Source of the DNA: Adineta vaga | Lineage: Eukaryota > Animalia > Rotifera | Assembly: GCA_021613535.1 (NCBI GenBank) | Contig: CP075494.1 | Span: 6,014,001-6,078,000 of the forward strand | Reading direction: 5' to 3' | DNA length: 64,000 nucleotides | Shown here: positions 40,638 through 51,383 of the stretch, piece after piece | How the letters are laid out: the number at the start of each line of letters is the position of its first letter | Position numbering within the stretch: position 1 is the first letter of the stretch | Position numbers and translations under genes: made by a program | Notes under the pieces: generated by a model | What the model was told of the DNA's origin: nothing | Seen by the model: only the letters and a program-made list of their open reading frames with translations | Databases searched by the model: none

Positions 40638-43058
40638 TTAGTCCCATAATTTGACCACATTGTCCCATCCAGCAGTGAGAACTCTAGATTTTTCATGCCA
40701 ATGCCATTTTGCATCAATACAAACATCATCATGTGCTTTAATGCGTTCAAATACACGTGTTGTCTTCCAATCCCAAATAACTAAATGTCCATCAGCATCA
40801 CCACTGATTACATAAGACATGTCGGGTGAAAAATCAAGACCACATGCATAACCAGATACCTGGAAAGAAAGAATCATTTCATTCATCCTAATCAATACAT
40901 TTTCATATGAAACATACCATATGACCTTTGAATACTTTTTTACTTTTCCATCGAAAATTAGCCAAGGGTTCCATAATTCGAATTTGATTATCCATCGATT
41001 GAAATCCCAAATATCGACCTGATAAAAACATAGAAGAACGTTCACATATAAAAGTAAATATTGAAATTTTTACAAACCATTGCGCGATAGAGCAACAGCA
41101 GGCATTGAATGCATTGTTGGTTCCGCAATGTATTTAAAATCGACAGGAATGTTCCTAGAAAATAAAATTTTGTATTTTCAAATCTATTATTAAGAAAAAG
41201 ATCAAGTCGTTCTTACCATTCCCATACACGAATACTTTTATCATCTGATGTTGATACAATACGACGATTTCGATCAACAAACGTAACAGTATTAATCGCA
41301 CCTAAATGTCGATCATATTCTTGTACAACATGTCCACTTCGAATATCAAACTAAATTAACACTTTTTATTTTAAATTCTATTTTCTTCTTATAAAAACTT
41401 ACACAAAGAATTTTCTTGTCAGACATGCCACATATGAATAAATGTTGTTTATTTTCACTTGGATTGAATGATACACAATAAGGAATTTTACGTACAGAAA
41501 ATTTACTTTTTACTTGACCTAAAAATCAAAATTCCAATATTATGTTACGAAGATTCTTCGATACTCACCAGTTTCTGTATCCCATAATTTAACACTTTTG
41601 TCATATGAAGCCGATAGAAATTCTGTACCGGCGAAATTAAAACTAACATCACGTACAGCTTGACTATGTCCTGCATATGTTCGAACACATCGACGTTCAT
41701 TATAGAATTCCCATAACTAAAGAGAAACAAAATCAATTATAGATTTGTTCGATTGGATATTGAAAAAGATTCGTTACTTTGACTTTGCAATCCATTGAAC
41801 AAGTAAGAAACAAATGAGCAGAAACAGGAAAATAATGAACCTTTTGTATAGCTTTTGTATGTCCCTTGTAAGTATGAATACATTGTTTGGGAATGAAACA
41901 TCGTTGTGGTGGATGATCCGAACGTAGATTAACACCAACATCTTGTGGAATATGAAGAAATGATCGTCCTTGATAATCATATGGATCTTTAATATGTAAT
42001 GTTGTAGATGAAGAATCTTCAGGTTCTTTATTCAATGTTGTCGATTCGGGATCACGTGCTGATGGTGCAGCATTCAATTCATCTAATGTTGGTCGTTTAG
42101 CTTTTCGTCTCTTTGCTAAATGTACATCAATTTCTTTCTGTTCTTCCTAAAATGAGAAAAATTTCGCTCAAAATATAATCAATTATCGAATGTAACATAC
42201 TTCTGATGGACGAGAAACCGTAACTTCATCAACAAAAGGTGCCCATGGACCTTGAAAACCTTCTACATCACTTGAATCATAATTTTTCTCTTTTTTACGT
42301 TTTTCTATAGCACGTTTTTTGGTTGTTTCAAAAATAGTCATGCCTTGATTGATTTCAGCAGTCGTTTGATTTCCAATCAACTGAGGAGTTGCGTGTTCAC
42401 CAACGCTTGGATCAGCTGCATAACCAAAACTATCAAATGTTCGACGTTGATTTTCAAATTGAAAATCACTCAATGTCGTCGATTCTGCATAACCATTTAG
42501 AACATTTTTAAAAGTACGTTGTTGTTGAGTTAAATTAGGATTGGCTGGACCAAACTATGAAGACGAAAACAGTATGACTTTTTATATTCCATTTTAATTG
42601 TACTTACTGCTGGTGCATACATATCTTCATATTTTGGATTGTATAGAACTTCTCTAGTTTTAATATCCAAAAAACTACTGGTATCGGCAGGCTAGAAAAG
42701 AAATATGAATATAAGTTTTAATGTTATCATGCGTATTAATCTTCTCACTCCTGTAAAACTCAGATATAAAGAGAGAACAATGTAATTTAACAGTTAACTG
42801 TTTTAAAATCGAGATTTAGCCTAAGGTCTAGTTTATCGAATCTATGCGTAGTAAATGAGTACGGTTATTATCTATGAAATTTACCCGAATAGCAATTGCT
42901 GGTGTTAAATTAAGTTTAATTTTCGACATCACAGAAAATGCTGGATCATTTATGATTGCCATACGATCTTCAGTATCTTGTTCATGTGTCGTCGTACGCA
43001 CTTCATCATTATTATCATCATCGTCATCATATGATGCTTGAATAGCTGCAAGTGCCAT
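40638..43058 (-). CDS. CDC40: Pre-mRNA processing factor 17 (WD40)
   Basis: [90 protein letters not shown]. Confidence 0.95.
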
Positions 43059-43249
43059 CTAAGAAGAAATAAATAAATATTCGATTAATCTTCATGTAAA
43101 AGAAAAACAACAATAATGACAAAAAAAACTTTATTTATCTGATCTTTCTACACTAGAGAAAAAAAGAAGAATAGAATTCAGATATTAGAAAACAAACATA
43201 AATTATTGACAAGAAAAAAAATTTGACTATGAACACTGTTAAAGAGAGT

Positions 43250-43976
43250 TTAAGCAAGTATACAATATGGCGTTAGTGTATTTATATTAACATTTTCTCG
43301 ACATAATGGACATCGAGATGAATAAGCTAGTACTCGACGACTACATGATATACACATCACATGTTGACATTGAGTTATGATCAGATCAACACCTGTACAT
43401 TGTAATTCATAGAAGGTTTCTAAACATACAGGACATTGTTCATCGTCATCATCGTTTTTGTTAGTTGATTGATTTTGTTCGAATTCATTTGATAAACATG
43501 AATTTGAAATGATTTCATCTTCTGTTAAATCAATTATTTCATCAGTATCTATTTCTTCATCAACCTCTACTGTTTCTATAGGATTATCCATCGAAGGCGA
43601 AGAAATAAATGCGTTGAATAAATCCGACAATGATGGAGGACTCCCAATAGTAATATCAACATTTTCTTCTGTTTGTTCATCATCATCATCATCATCTGAA
43701 TTTAAAACAATTGTATTATCCATTTGTTGGAAGGGAAAGGTCAAAAGTTCGATAATATCATCATCATCAGGTTCATTTAAGCTGAAATAATCAAAAAATA
43801 ATATAATTTTTTATTGATTATATATTTTCCAACCTATTCAATGGAAAAGACGAAAGTTCGTCATTTTCGATTTCATCATCGACTGTTGGTGATAATAATA
43901 ATGCATCAAGAAGACGAGGACGTTTAACAATAGGTTCCATTTCTTCGGATAATGTCGTCAGTATTCGTTTCTTCAT
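43250..43976 (-). CDS. RNF4: RNF4-like SUMO-targeted RING E3 ligase, 2 exons
   Basis: N-terminal basic NLS-like segments; SIM-like motifs (DDIIELL, TIVLNSDDDD, IETVEVDEE, EIIDLTED); C-terminal C3HC4 RING CPVC...TQCQHVMCISC...CPLCR. Confidence 0.75.
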
Positions 43977-44602
43977 CTCTCTACATAGGTTATTATGTGT
44001 TATGATCAAATAAAAAAAAAACTAACTATAAAATTTCATCGAATGATTCATTGGGATTTTTTCCTTTCATATAGATGGCGCTGTTAAGAATATTGTTTTT
44101 TATTTGAAGGTACAATCTTCAAAATACGATTTTCTATTTATTTCAAATTCTTTTTTTGACTTCAGAGAAAAAATTTCGCTATATTTATCTGATTGGTCAT
44201 CAATCATAAACGACTGAGAAAAACTAAATAGAAGAAGAAGAAGAAAAACAATGGTTTCAAGATTGTTTTTCCTCATATCATACGATGTTATTTTGAAATC
44301 GTACGAATCGCAAACAATGATTACCGATAAAATATCACGATTTGTTACAAAAATTTCCTTTCTTCCATAAAGAAATGCACATCAAAAATTTCCTTTTTCT
44401 ATACCGTAACCATTACATATTTTGTTACGATACAAGATGGTGGATGTAATCAAAAGGAAAAAAACACATTTCTAAATATATCGGACATAGTAGAAGCTTA
44501 TTGCGATTGAAGTACAATTTGATAAATCATCTCGTTTGGATTGTTGTGTGTCTTGGAAATGATCATTTATTGTATTCTTTTTTAAGATAAAAGATAGAAA
44601 CT

Positions 44603-47600
44603 ATGTCGTCGTATCGTGAATTTTCGTCTCGTGAAGGTGGCAGACATCATACTGATCCAACATCATCTCGATTTAATAATAAATCCAGATATCATCAACG
44701 TGGTCGTGTAAATAATCGTCCTGTACCAAATCGACGTCCGACTGCCGGTGATGATCTTGAAAGTATAACTGTATCTATCGGTCGTAATTTAACCACTGAT
44801 GGAAGTAATACACATAACCCATTAATGCGTGGTCGATTAGGTAATTCACGCACTCGTCCTCATCAAATTCATCCAACTGGTAGCCGATTGCAAGATCGTG
44901 AAAATAATCAAACAAAATGGTGGAGAATATCAATTTCTAGAGCTGGTGTTGTGGGAAAGACTGCTGTTATGGCAGCACTGAAAGCTTATTTTCCACGACA
45001 ATTGCTACCTTATCATGTAAATAGATTAAGACTTATTAATGAAAGTTTTTCTACGATGATTTTTATTTAGTATTTTATTGATCGTGATACAAATACAGGT
45101 GTTTTCTTCGTTAATAATCAACAAGATGCTGATATGTTAAAGCGAGCAAACAGAAAAGTTACAATACAAAATTCCGAACCAGTAAGTAAATAGAGCATAC
45201 GGAAATTCATATTTCATATTCTCGTTTTTAGTTGTATATTATGGTTAGCCAAGCATCATGTCCAGCACCTATATTAGATGAAGATCTACGAGGACATTTT
45301 AAAGTAAATATTGACAAAACAATTCGATCATGTTTTTTTTCTATTCTATTTAGGATTATTTATGTAATCATCGATTTGATCGACAAACATTTCAATTACA
45401 ATTATCCAATCTAGCCGATGATGAAGGTAAATATGAAATTTACCATTATATTTTTCTGATATATTTTCTATCTTATAGAACTTAGTCTTCTTGGCATATA
45501 TCCTCAACTTAATAAACAAGCATTCGTACGAGATATTGTTGATATTATCAATAAAAATCTTCCTATGGTTAGTATATTAATTAATCAGCTAGTCATATTC
45601 TTAATCTAGTATCTAAATATACTTCAAAAAGTATAATCGACTATTGTTATTTTTTTGTATTTTTTTAAGACTCGTCAATTGGATATGGGTTCTAATAATA
45701 TTTCAAATTTATATGAATTTCGTAATCTTAATTTGGCCACCTTGGAACAACTCAGTCTTGCTTCGAATCAAGTAAATTGCTTTGTTTTGTATTTATGAGA
45801 TCATGATCTAATTACATATACAATACTTTCTAGTTAAAAAGCATCGAAGAATTGGGTCACTTAAGACAACTTACTCGTTTAAATCATATATTTCTTAAAG
45901 ACAATCCATTAATGTCATCAAATAACCGACGAAATGGTTCACCAGATGATCTTATCAGGTCAGATCTAATAAAACTTTCTTTTCCCACACATTTACAACA
46001 GACTGACATGAAGTTAGAGTATACTCTTAAATCGAACGTTTGTTTCCTATGGTGGATTTTTGTTTTCTTTTCTTTCACGAATAATCATTCAACGTTTACA
46101 CGAAAAAAACAAAATCAATCGAATTTATGATGAAAAATCCTAATCGTTTCAATTACAGAGTGTGAATGTGTTTGTACGTCGAAAAACTATTCAAGCGGGA
46201 GAGAGAGAGAAAAATGAAAATAATTCATTGTAATTTAATTCATTGTAAACAAAATCCTATTTTTTTGTACGTCGAAAAACTCTTTTCCAATTCAATCAAC
46301 AATCTAAAATTTCAATAGTTTAATGATCATCTTGTAAATGAATGTCGAAACATTGATTCAATAACAAAAAGATGAATAATCTGAATCTTTAGCATTCAGC
46401 TTCATCATATAGTTTTATAAACTATATTAAAGATATTCAACATTCTTATATAGCACAATGATACTGAACTTGTTGATATTGCTCACGAAATGAATGTCAT
46501 ATTCCAATAACGACGAATACAAGAGACAAATCTTTTTTTTTTGTAATTGTGATGAGTGTTATTTTAACATTTATTGTGAAAATGTGATGAATGATTTTGA
46601 TCGATCTCATAAATTGCTGATTTACTACTTCGAAACAAATGATTAGTGAAGAATTGAGAATAGAAATACTCATATAGAACGTTCGATTTAATCAAGTATA
46701 GAAATCATGATTATGTTAGAAAATAGAAAAATGAGAATCGTTTGTCTGTTGGTTGTGTGTCTCTATATTTTCAGTTGCATTGTGCAACAACTATTCATTA
46801 TTGGGTCATCTAATAACATTCTAGTGCCATTCGACAAAAACTACCACAACTCAAACGAATCGTAAGTCTTCTTTCATCTAAAATTCGATAAAGAAAGAAA
46901 AGATTTCTTTTTTTCTAGGATGGTGTTGAACTTCCAGCACATATTGGCTTTGCAATTGATATTGAAGCAATTAATTTACCAAAATCTGTTCCACATTGTG
47001 TACCACAAGATATGCAATCATTCTTAGCCAAATTTATTGAAGAATATTATCGTCTTTTTGATACACGTGGTCGTGGAGAATTATATGCATGTTATCATGA
47101 TACATGTATGTTTTCATTATGTGTTGCACCAACTGAAGGTTCAATTGTCCCAACAAAATCATTTAAATATGGTCCATTAATATATGATTCAAGAAATTTC
47201 AAGAAACTTTATGATGATAATAAACGTGCAGTTCTTTTACGACATGGAAAAACAGATGTATTAGACTTTTTACGTGTTAAATTTCCATTAACTAAACATG
47301 ATGGAAAATCATTTCATGTTGATGTTTTATCGACAGCTGTAAGTTTACGTCTTTTTGTTAGTTTCTAATCATCTCTCATATTGAATTGTAATTCTAGAAT
47401 AATCGGGCAATTTTTACAGTTAATGGTCTTTATCGAGAACGTAAGTTTTTCATTGAAAGATATGAATATATATATATATTTATTTTTATTTTTTTCTTCG
47501 CCTAGTTGACCAAGGAACTAGTAATGAACCTATTCGTAGTTTTCAACGTGCATTTACTTGCTTACAAACATCCTCAGGGTAAAATATTTTTTCGTTCTTT

Positions 47601-48109
47601 CAATCAAATAATTTTCTTATCCATCTAGTGTACTCATTATTGCCGATCATATTATGATTATCAATGCTACAGATGCTCAAATTACTGTATGTAATCATCT
47701 TTTGTTTGGTATAAAGATGGTAATAGTATTCTTTATTTTATAGAATATGAATCGTTCTGCTCCACCACCACCGCCACCAACACCAGTTGTAAGTTCAACA
47801 ACAGGAAGTCAAAATTCTGAGCCAAGTATTGATCGACAAAATCAACTGATACAACAATTTTCTCAACAATCAGGAATGAATATTCAATTTTCCAAAATGT
47901 TTGTTTTTTTAAAACAACTTTCAAACCACTATGATCTTTTCTTTGCATTTTTCTAGGTGCTTAGCAGAAAATAATTGGAATTATGTACAAGCTGCACAGA
48001 AATTTGAAGAATGCAAAAATTTGGTTAGTTCGTTTATTTTCTTTTATCTAAAATTTATATCGTTTTTTCATTAATCTAGAAAGCCATTCCGCCTGAAGCT
48101 TTTATATAA
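44603..48109 (+). CDS. NXF1: Nuclear RNA export factor NXF1/TAP (RBD-LRR-NTF2-UBA), many exons
   Basis: WWRISI RBD; LRR (LSLASNQL, IFLKDNPL, AIRQKLPQLKRIDGVELP); NTF2-like (FIEEYYRLFD, FPLTKHD..SFHVD, IRSFQRAF); UBA (LIQQFSQQSGMNIQFSKMCLAENNWNY...IPPEAF). Confidence 0.93.
45959..46824 (+). promoter_or_regulatory. nxf1 'cassette' intron (866 nt), candidate retained regulatory intron
   Basis: Lies between a 125-nt exon (45834-45958) and a 37-nt exon (46825-46861). It is far longer than the gene's other introns and contains an 18-nt direct repeat. Confidence 0.7.
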
Positions 48110-48809
48110 AATCTTAATTCAATTATCATGAACATCATATTACAGACATATACATATATACTTTTCTTTTGTGCTATACATATATTTTTTGTATTTATTA
48201 GTCTGTTCCCTCTTATTTTTGTTGTTCTTGTTGGTGTTGTTATTGTCCATAAGCGTCAAACAACGTTGTTCGTCCATTTTGTTTTTTGTTTCTGCTGTAA
48301 TGAGACTAATTATCATGCATTCTTTTTTCATTTGTTCATTTTGTTTCTCAATTATTCGTTTCATCGAAAGATATAACATTATCGTATATTTCTGTTATTT
48401 TTCAATTCGATGACAAGAAATAGTTAATGAAAACGTATAAAAAATATGTGAAAACAAATTGATTCAATCAGATTTTGATATTTTGTAATAAAGAATATTG
48501 AATCTCCACTTTTTATATTACGGAGAATCTCAGTAATAGAAGAATGTATATAAAACTGACTATACAGTTAATATTGCACCAAAGCAAGTCTATAGTTTTT
48601 AGCTTTATCCATGGTGATTAGAATAATCGTTAACTATCATTTATGAATCAATATCAATTTTTGACATCATGTATTTGTGATAAATACAAGGGCTACTTTT
48701 GAAAAAAAAGTGACATTAATGCCCCATTAAATCATATTTATTACCTTACTTTTTGAATTTCTCTTTGTTCTATAAGTTTTATTATTGCAAAAAAGAACAA
48801 GGGTAGAGA

Positions 48810-50013
48810 ATGTTCTCAAAATTTTTCTTCATCTTGCTTCTGAGTGCATTAACTGTACAAAATAGTCATGGGTGGGGAATAGAAGGACATACTCTAATTG
48901 CCCGTCTTGCTCAAAGTCAATTGACGAAAGAAGCATCTGATTGGATTCAATATCTTCTTCCTTCGAATTTAGCAGGTAATTTGAGTGCTATAGCAACTTG
49001 GGCGGATGATGTTCTTTATTCAAACAATAATCCTCTTGGTCCTTCCAATCTTTGGCAATGGTCTCGTCCATTACACTATACGAATACACCTGATTGGAAT
49101 TGCAGTTATGATCCGATGAGAGACTGCAAGAATGACATTTGCATTGAAGGAGCATTACGAAACTATTCTCAGCGTGCGATCGCTGATGATTTGGACCACA
49201 TTCAACATCAACATGCTATCGTGTTTCTTGTTCATTATGTTGGTGATATTCATCAGCCGTTGCATGCTGGTTTCGAAGGAGATGCTGGGGCTAGTAAATT
49301 ATCAGGTAGATAATACTTTCTAACTATGAAAACTATGAAAATATTTCTCGATCTATTTAGTTTACTTCATGAATACGAAAAGGACTCTTCATTCTGTATG
49401 GGATACTCATCTGATTCGTATGCGCCTTTCACGTGATTTTCAATCAAATCTTAGCCTTTACTACGATTATATTTATACATTAATGTTGAATCGGATTCCA
49501 GAACAGTATGATCAAGATTTTATTGAATGGACTGATGAAAGTTCGAAAATTGTCTGTGATCGAATCTATTTGGATGAAAACAATGACACAATGAATACCT
49601 CACTAACGATTCGCTTGAGTGATAGATACTATCAGAGAAACATAGGAATAGTTGAGCAACGTCTTATGCAAGCAGGTCGACGATTAGGTACATTGTTCAA
49701 TTTATTAGCTCCGAATCGTTCGAATATCTCCATCACAACATTATCACAAAACCAATCATCTTCAACAGCCATATTATCAACATTTTCCTCATCAGAATCC
49801 ACCAAAACATCACCGACCGAACTGTCCTCCATCAAAACATTATCGATCGAGCTGTCCTCCACCAAAACATCAGCAACAGTATCACTTACAACTACGACAT
49901 CGTCATTAATGGTTCCCTCTTCGTATAAAAACATCTCTTTTGACTGCCTCGTAATTTTCATTACATTATGTATTACTTTTGCTATTCGTGCTTTAAATTT
50001 TTCTATTAATTGA
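48810..50013 (+). CDS. S1/P1 nuclease with signal peptide, Ser/Thr stalk and C-terminal hydrophobic (GPI/TM) anchor, 2 exons
   Basis: WGIEGH, WADD, SRPLHY, FLVHYVGDIHQPLH, LHSVWD and QRLMQAGRRL are the Zn-ligand and core motifs of the S1/P1 family. Confidence 0.92.
49801..49872 (+). repeat. 30-bp coding tandem repeat (about 2.4 copies) in the S/T stalk
   Basis: accaaaacatcaccgaccgaactgtcctcc / atcaaaacattatcgatcgagctgtcctcc / accaaaacatca. Confidence 0.8.
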
Positions 50014-50160
50014 AAAGAAAAAAAGAAGACATTCATTTCGAGGATATGCAGAAATCTATAACTAAAGCAGAGATTCAAACATCCTCACCCACTGAATTTC
50101 GCACAATTTATTTTGAAACACTCGTTTTTCATACAAAATCCACTATTATTTTTGAATTAA

Positions 50161-50997
50161 CTATCGATTAATTTTAAGACCTGCTGCATAAAGTGCTTCC
50201 TGGTATTCGTTTTCTTTCAATACAGTACTCTTTGATATATGTGTTTTTACTGGAAATAGCTCTTGAAAATCTTCTTTTAAAGCCGCTTCTATTTGTGCAC
50301 TTGTACCTTTGAATGATGAGTCGAAATCATGAAATTCGATTGTTTGTCCCAGTGTATCTAGCTGTCCAGACAATGTCGAAAAACTTTTGCAAACATTCTC
50401 GATTATTTTCAAAATTGTACTAAACAAAATAGGACGAGTCGAGTAAATTGTGAAATATCGATGAAAATTATCTGGTAACGGTTGATCTTGGTTTGAATTC
50501 AGTATTAATTGATCATCTTTAGTAAGAGGATGGTAAATTCCAATTGCATCTTGCCTAAGCATCGATCCGATCAGACCAGCTGCACCGTAGGCAATGCTTT
50601 TCGAACCTATGACTTTCACATAACAATGATGTATAGAACCCCATTGTTGTGTCTGAGAAATGCCATCATGCAGTACAATCTCATGTTCGATATGATGATG
50701 AGCTAGAATCGAGATACAAGCGATGCCATCAATAACTGTAATGATTTTATCAAGAAGACGTTTGTGTAAGACTTCACTTGGAATAGATTTGAACACACCT
50801 TTCACGTCTCTCTTCACAGTACCTACTGCCAGAAAATATACTTGTAGTTCTGGGTTGTCATTGCTATGGCCATGTGATGTTTGTATTTGAGTCTGTAAAT
50901 CGGTAATACAACTGTCAGATGGAGTCGCAGTGCGAGTGCCATCTGATCTGAGTTCGTTGTCTTGTCGAGCTAAGTCTACTTTAATATTATCCATCAT
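50161..50997 (-). CDS. Hypothetical intronless protein (~278 aa from the first ATG)
   Basis: Long ORF with a globular alpha/beta pattern and somewhat higher GC than its neighbours. Confidence 0.7.
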   Translation of the reverse strand: MMDNIKVDLARQDNELRSDGTRTATPSDSCITDLQTQIQTSHGHSNDNPELQVYFLAVGTVKRDVKGVFKSIPSEVLHKRLLDKIITVIDGIACISILAHHHIEHEIVLHDGISQTQQWGSIHHCYVKVIGSKSIAYGAAGLIGSMLRQDAIGIYHPLTKDDQLILNSNQDQPLPDNFHRYFTIYSTRPILFSTILKIIENVCKSFSTLSGQLDTLGQTIEFHDFDSSFKGTSAQIEAALKEDFQELFPVKTHISKSTVLKENEYQEALYAAGLKINR

Positions 50998-51383
50998 AAA
51001 ATCAATTAAGGATGAAATGATTGTATCTTTTCTACACAAGTTATTTCACTTGCAATATGGCATATAGAAATACCATCTGAAAACCAATTAATAGTGGATG
51101 TATTCCTCACCAATGACATCTATATGTATTTTTTGTTTTTCGAATGTAGAAATTTAAAAGATCTTGAGAGCGTGATTGTGTTAGGTACTTATTCTGTTGC
51201 CTGGTTGTCACTTGAAATCGATTGTTGTTTTACAATGAATTTTGCGAGTTTCTTTATTGAAATCCATCGAGATGAAATCAGATGATGATGTTGTATAACA
51301 TTTCAGTTATGAGAAAAAATATAATGTTAGAAACTAATGACAAAGAAAAACATGTTTTTTGTATACATGAAAATAATGACTGT

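Noticed and set aside
49632-50078. Antisense or shadow ORFs overlapping real genes (also 43509-43790, 17417-17602, 38868-39113 and others)
   Set aside because: They are by-products of codon bias on the opposite strand of well-supported genes.
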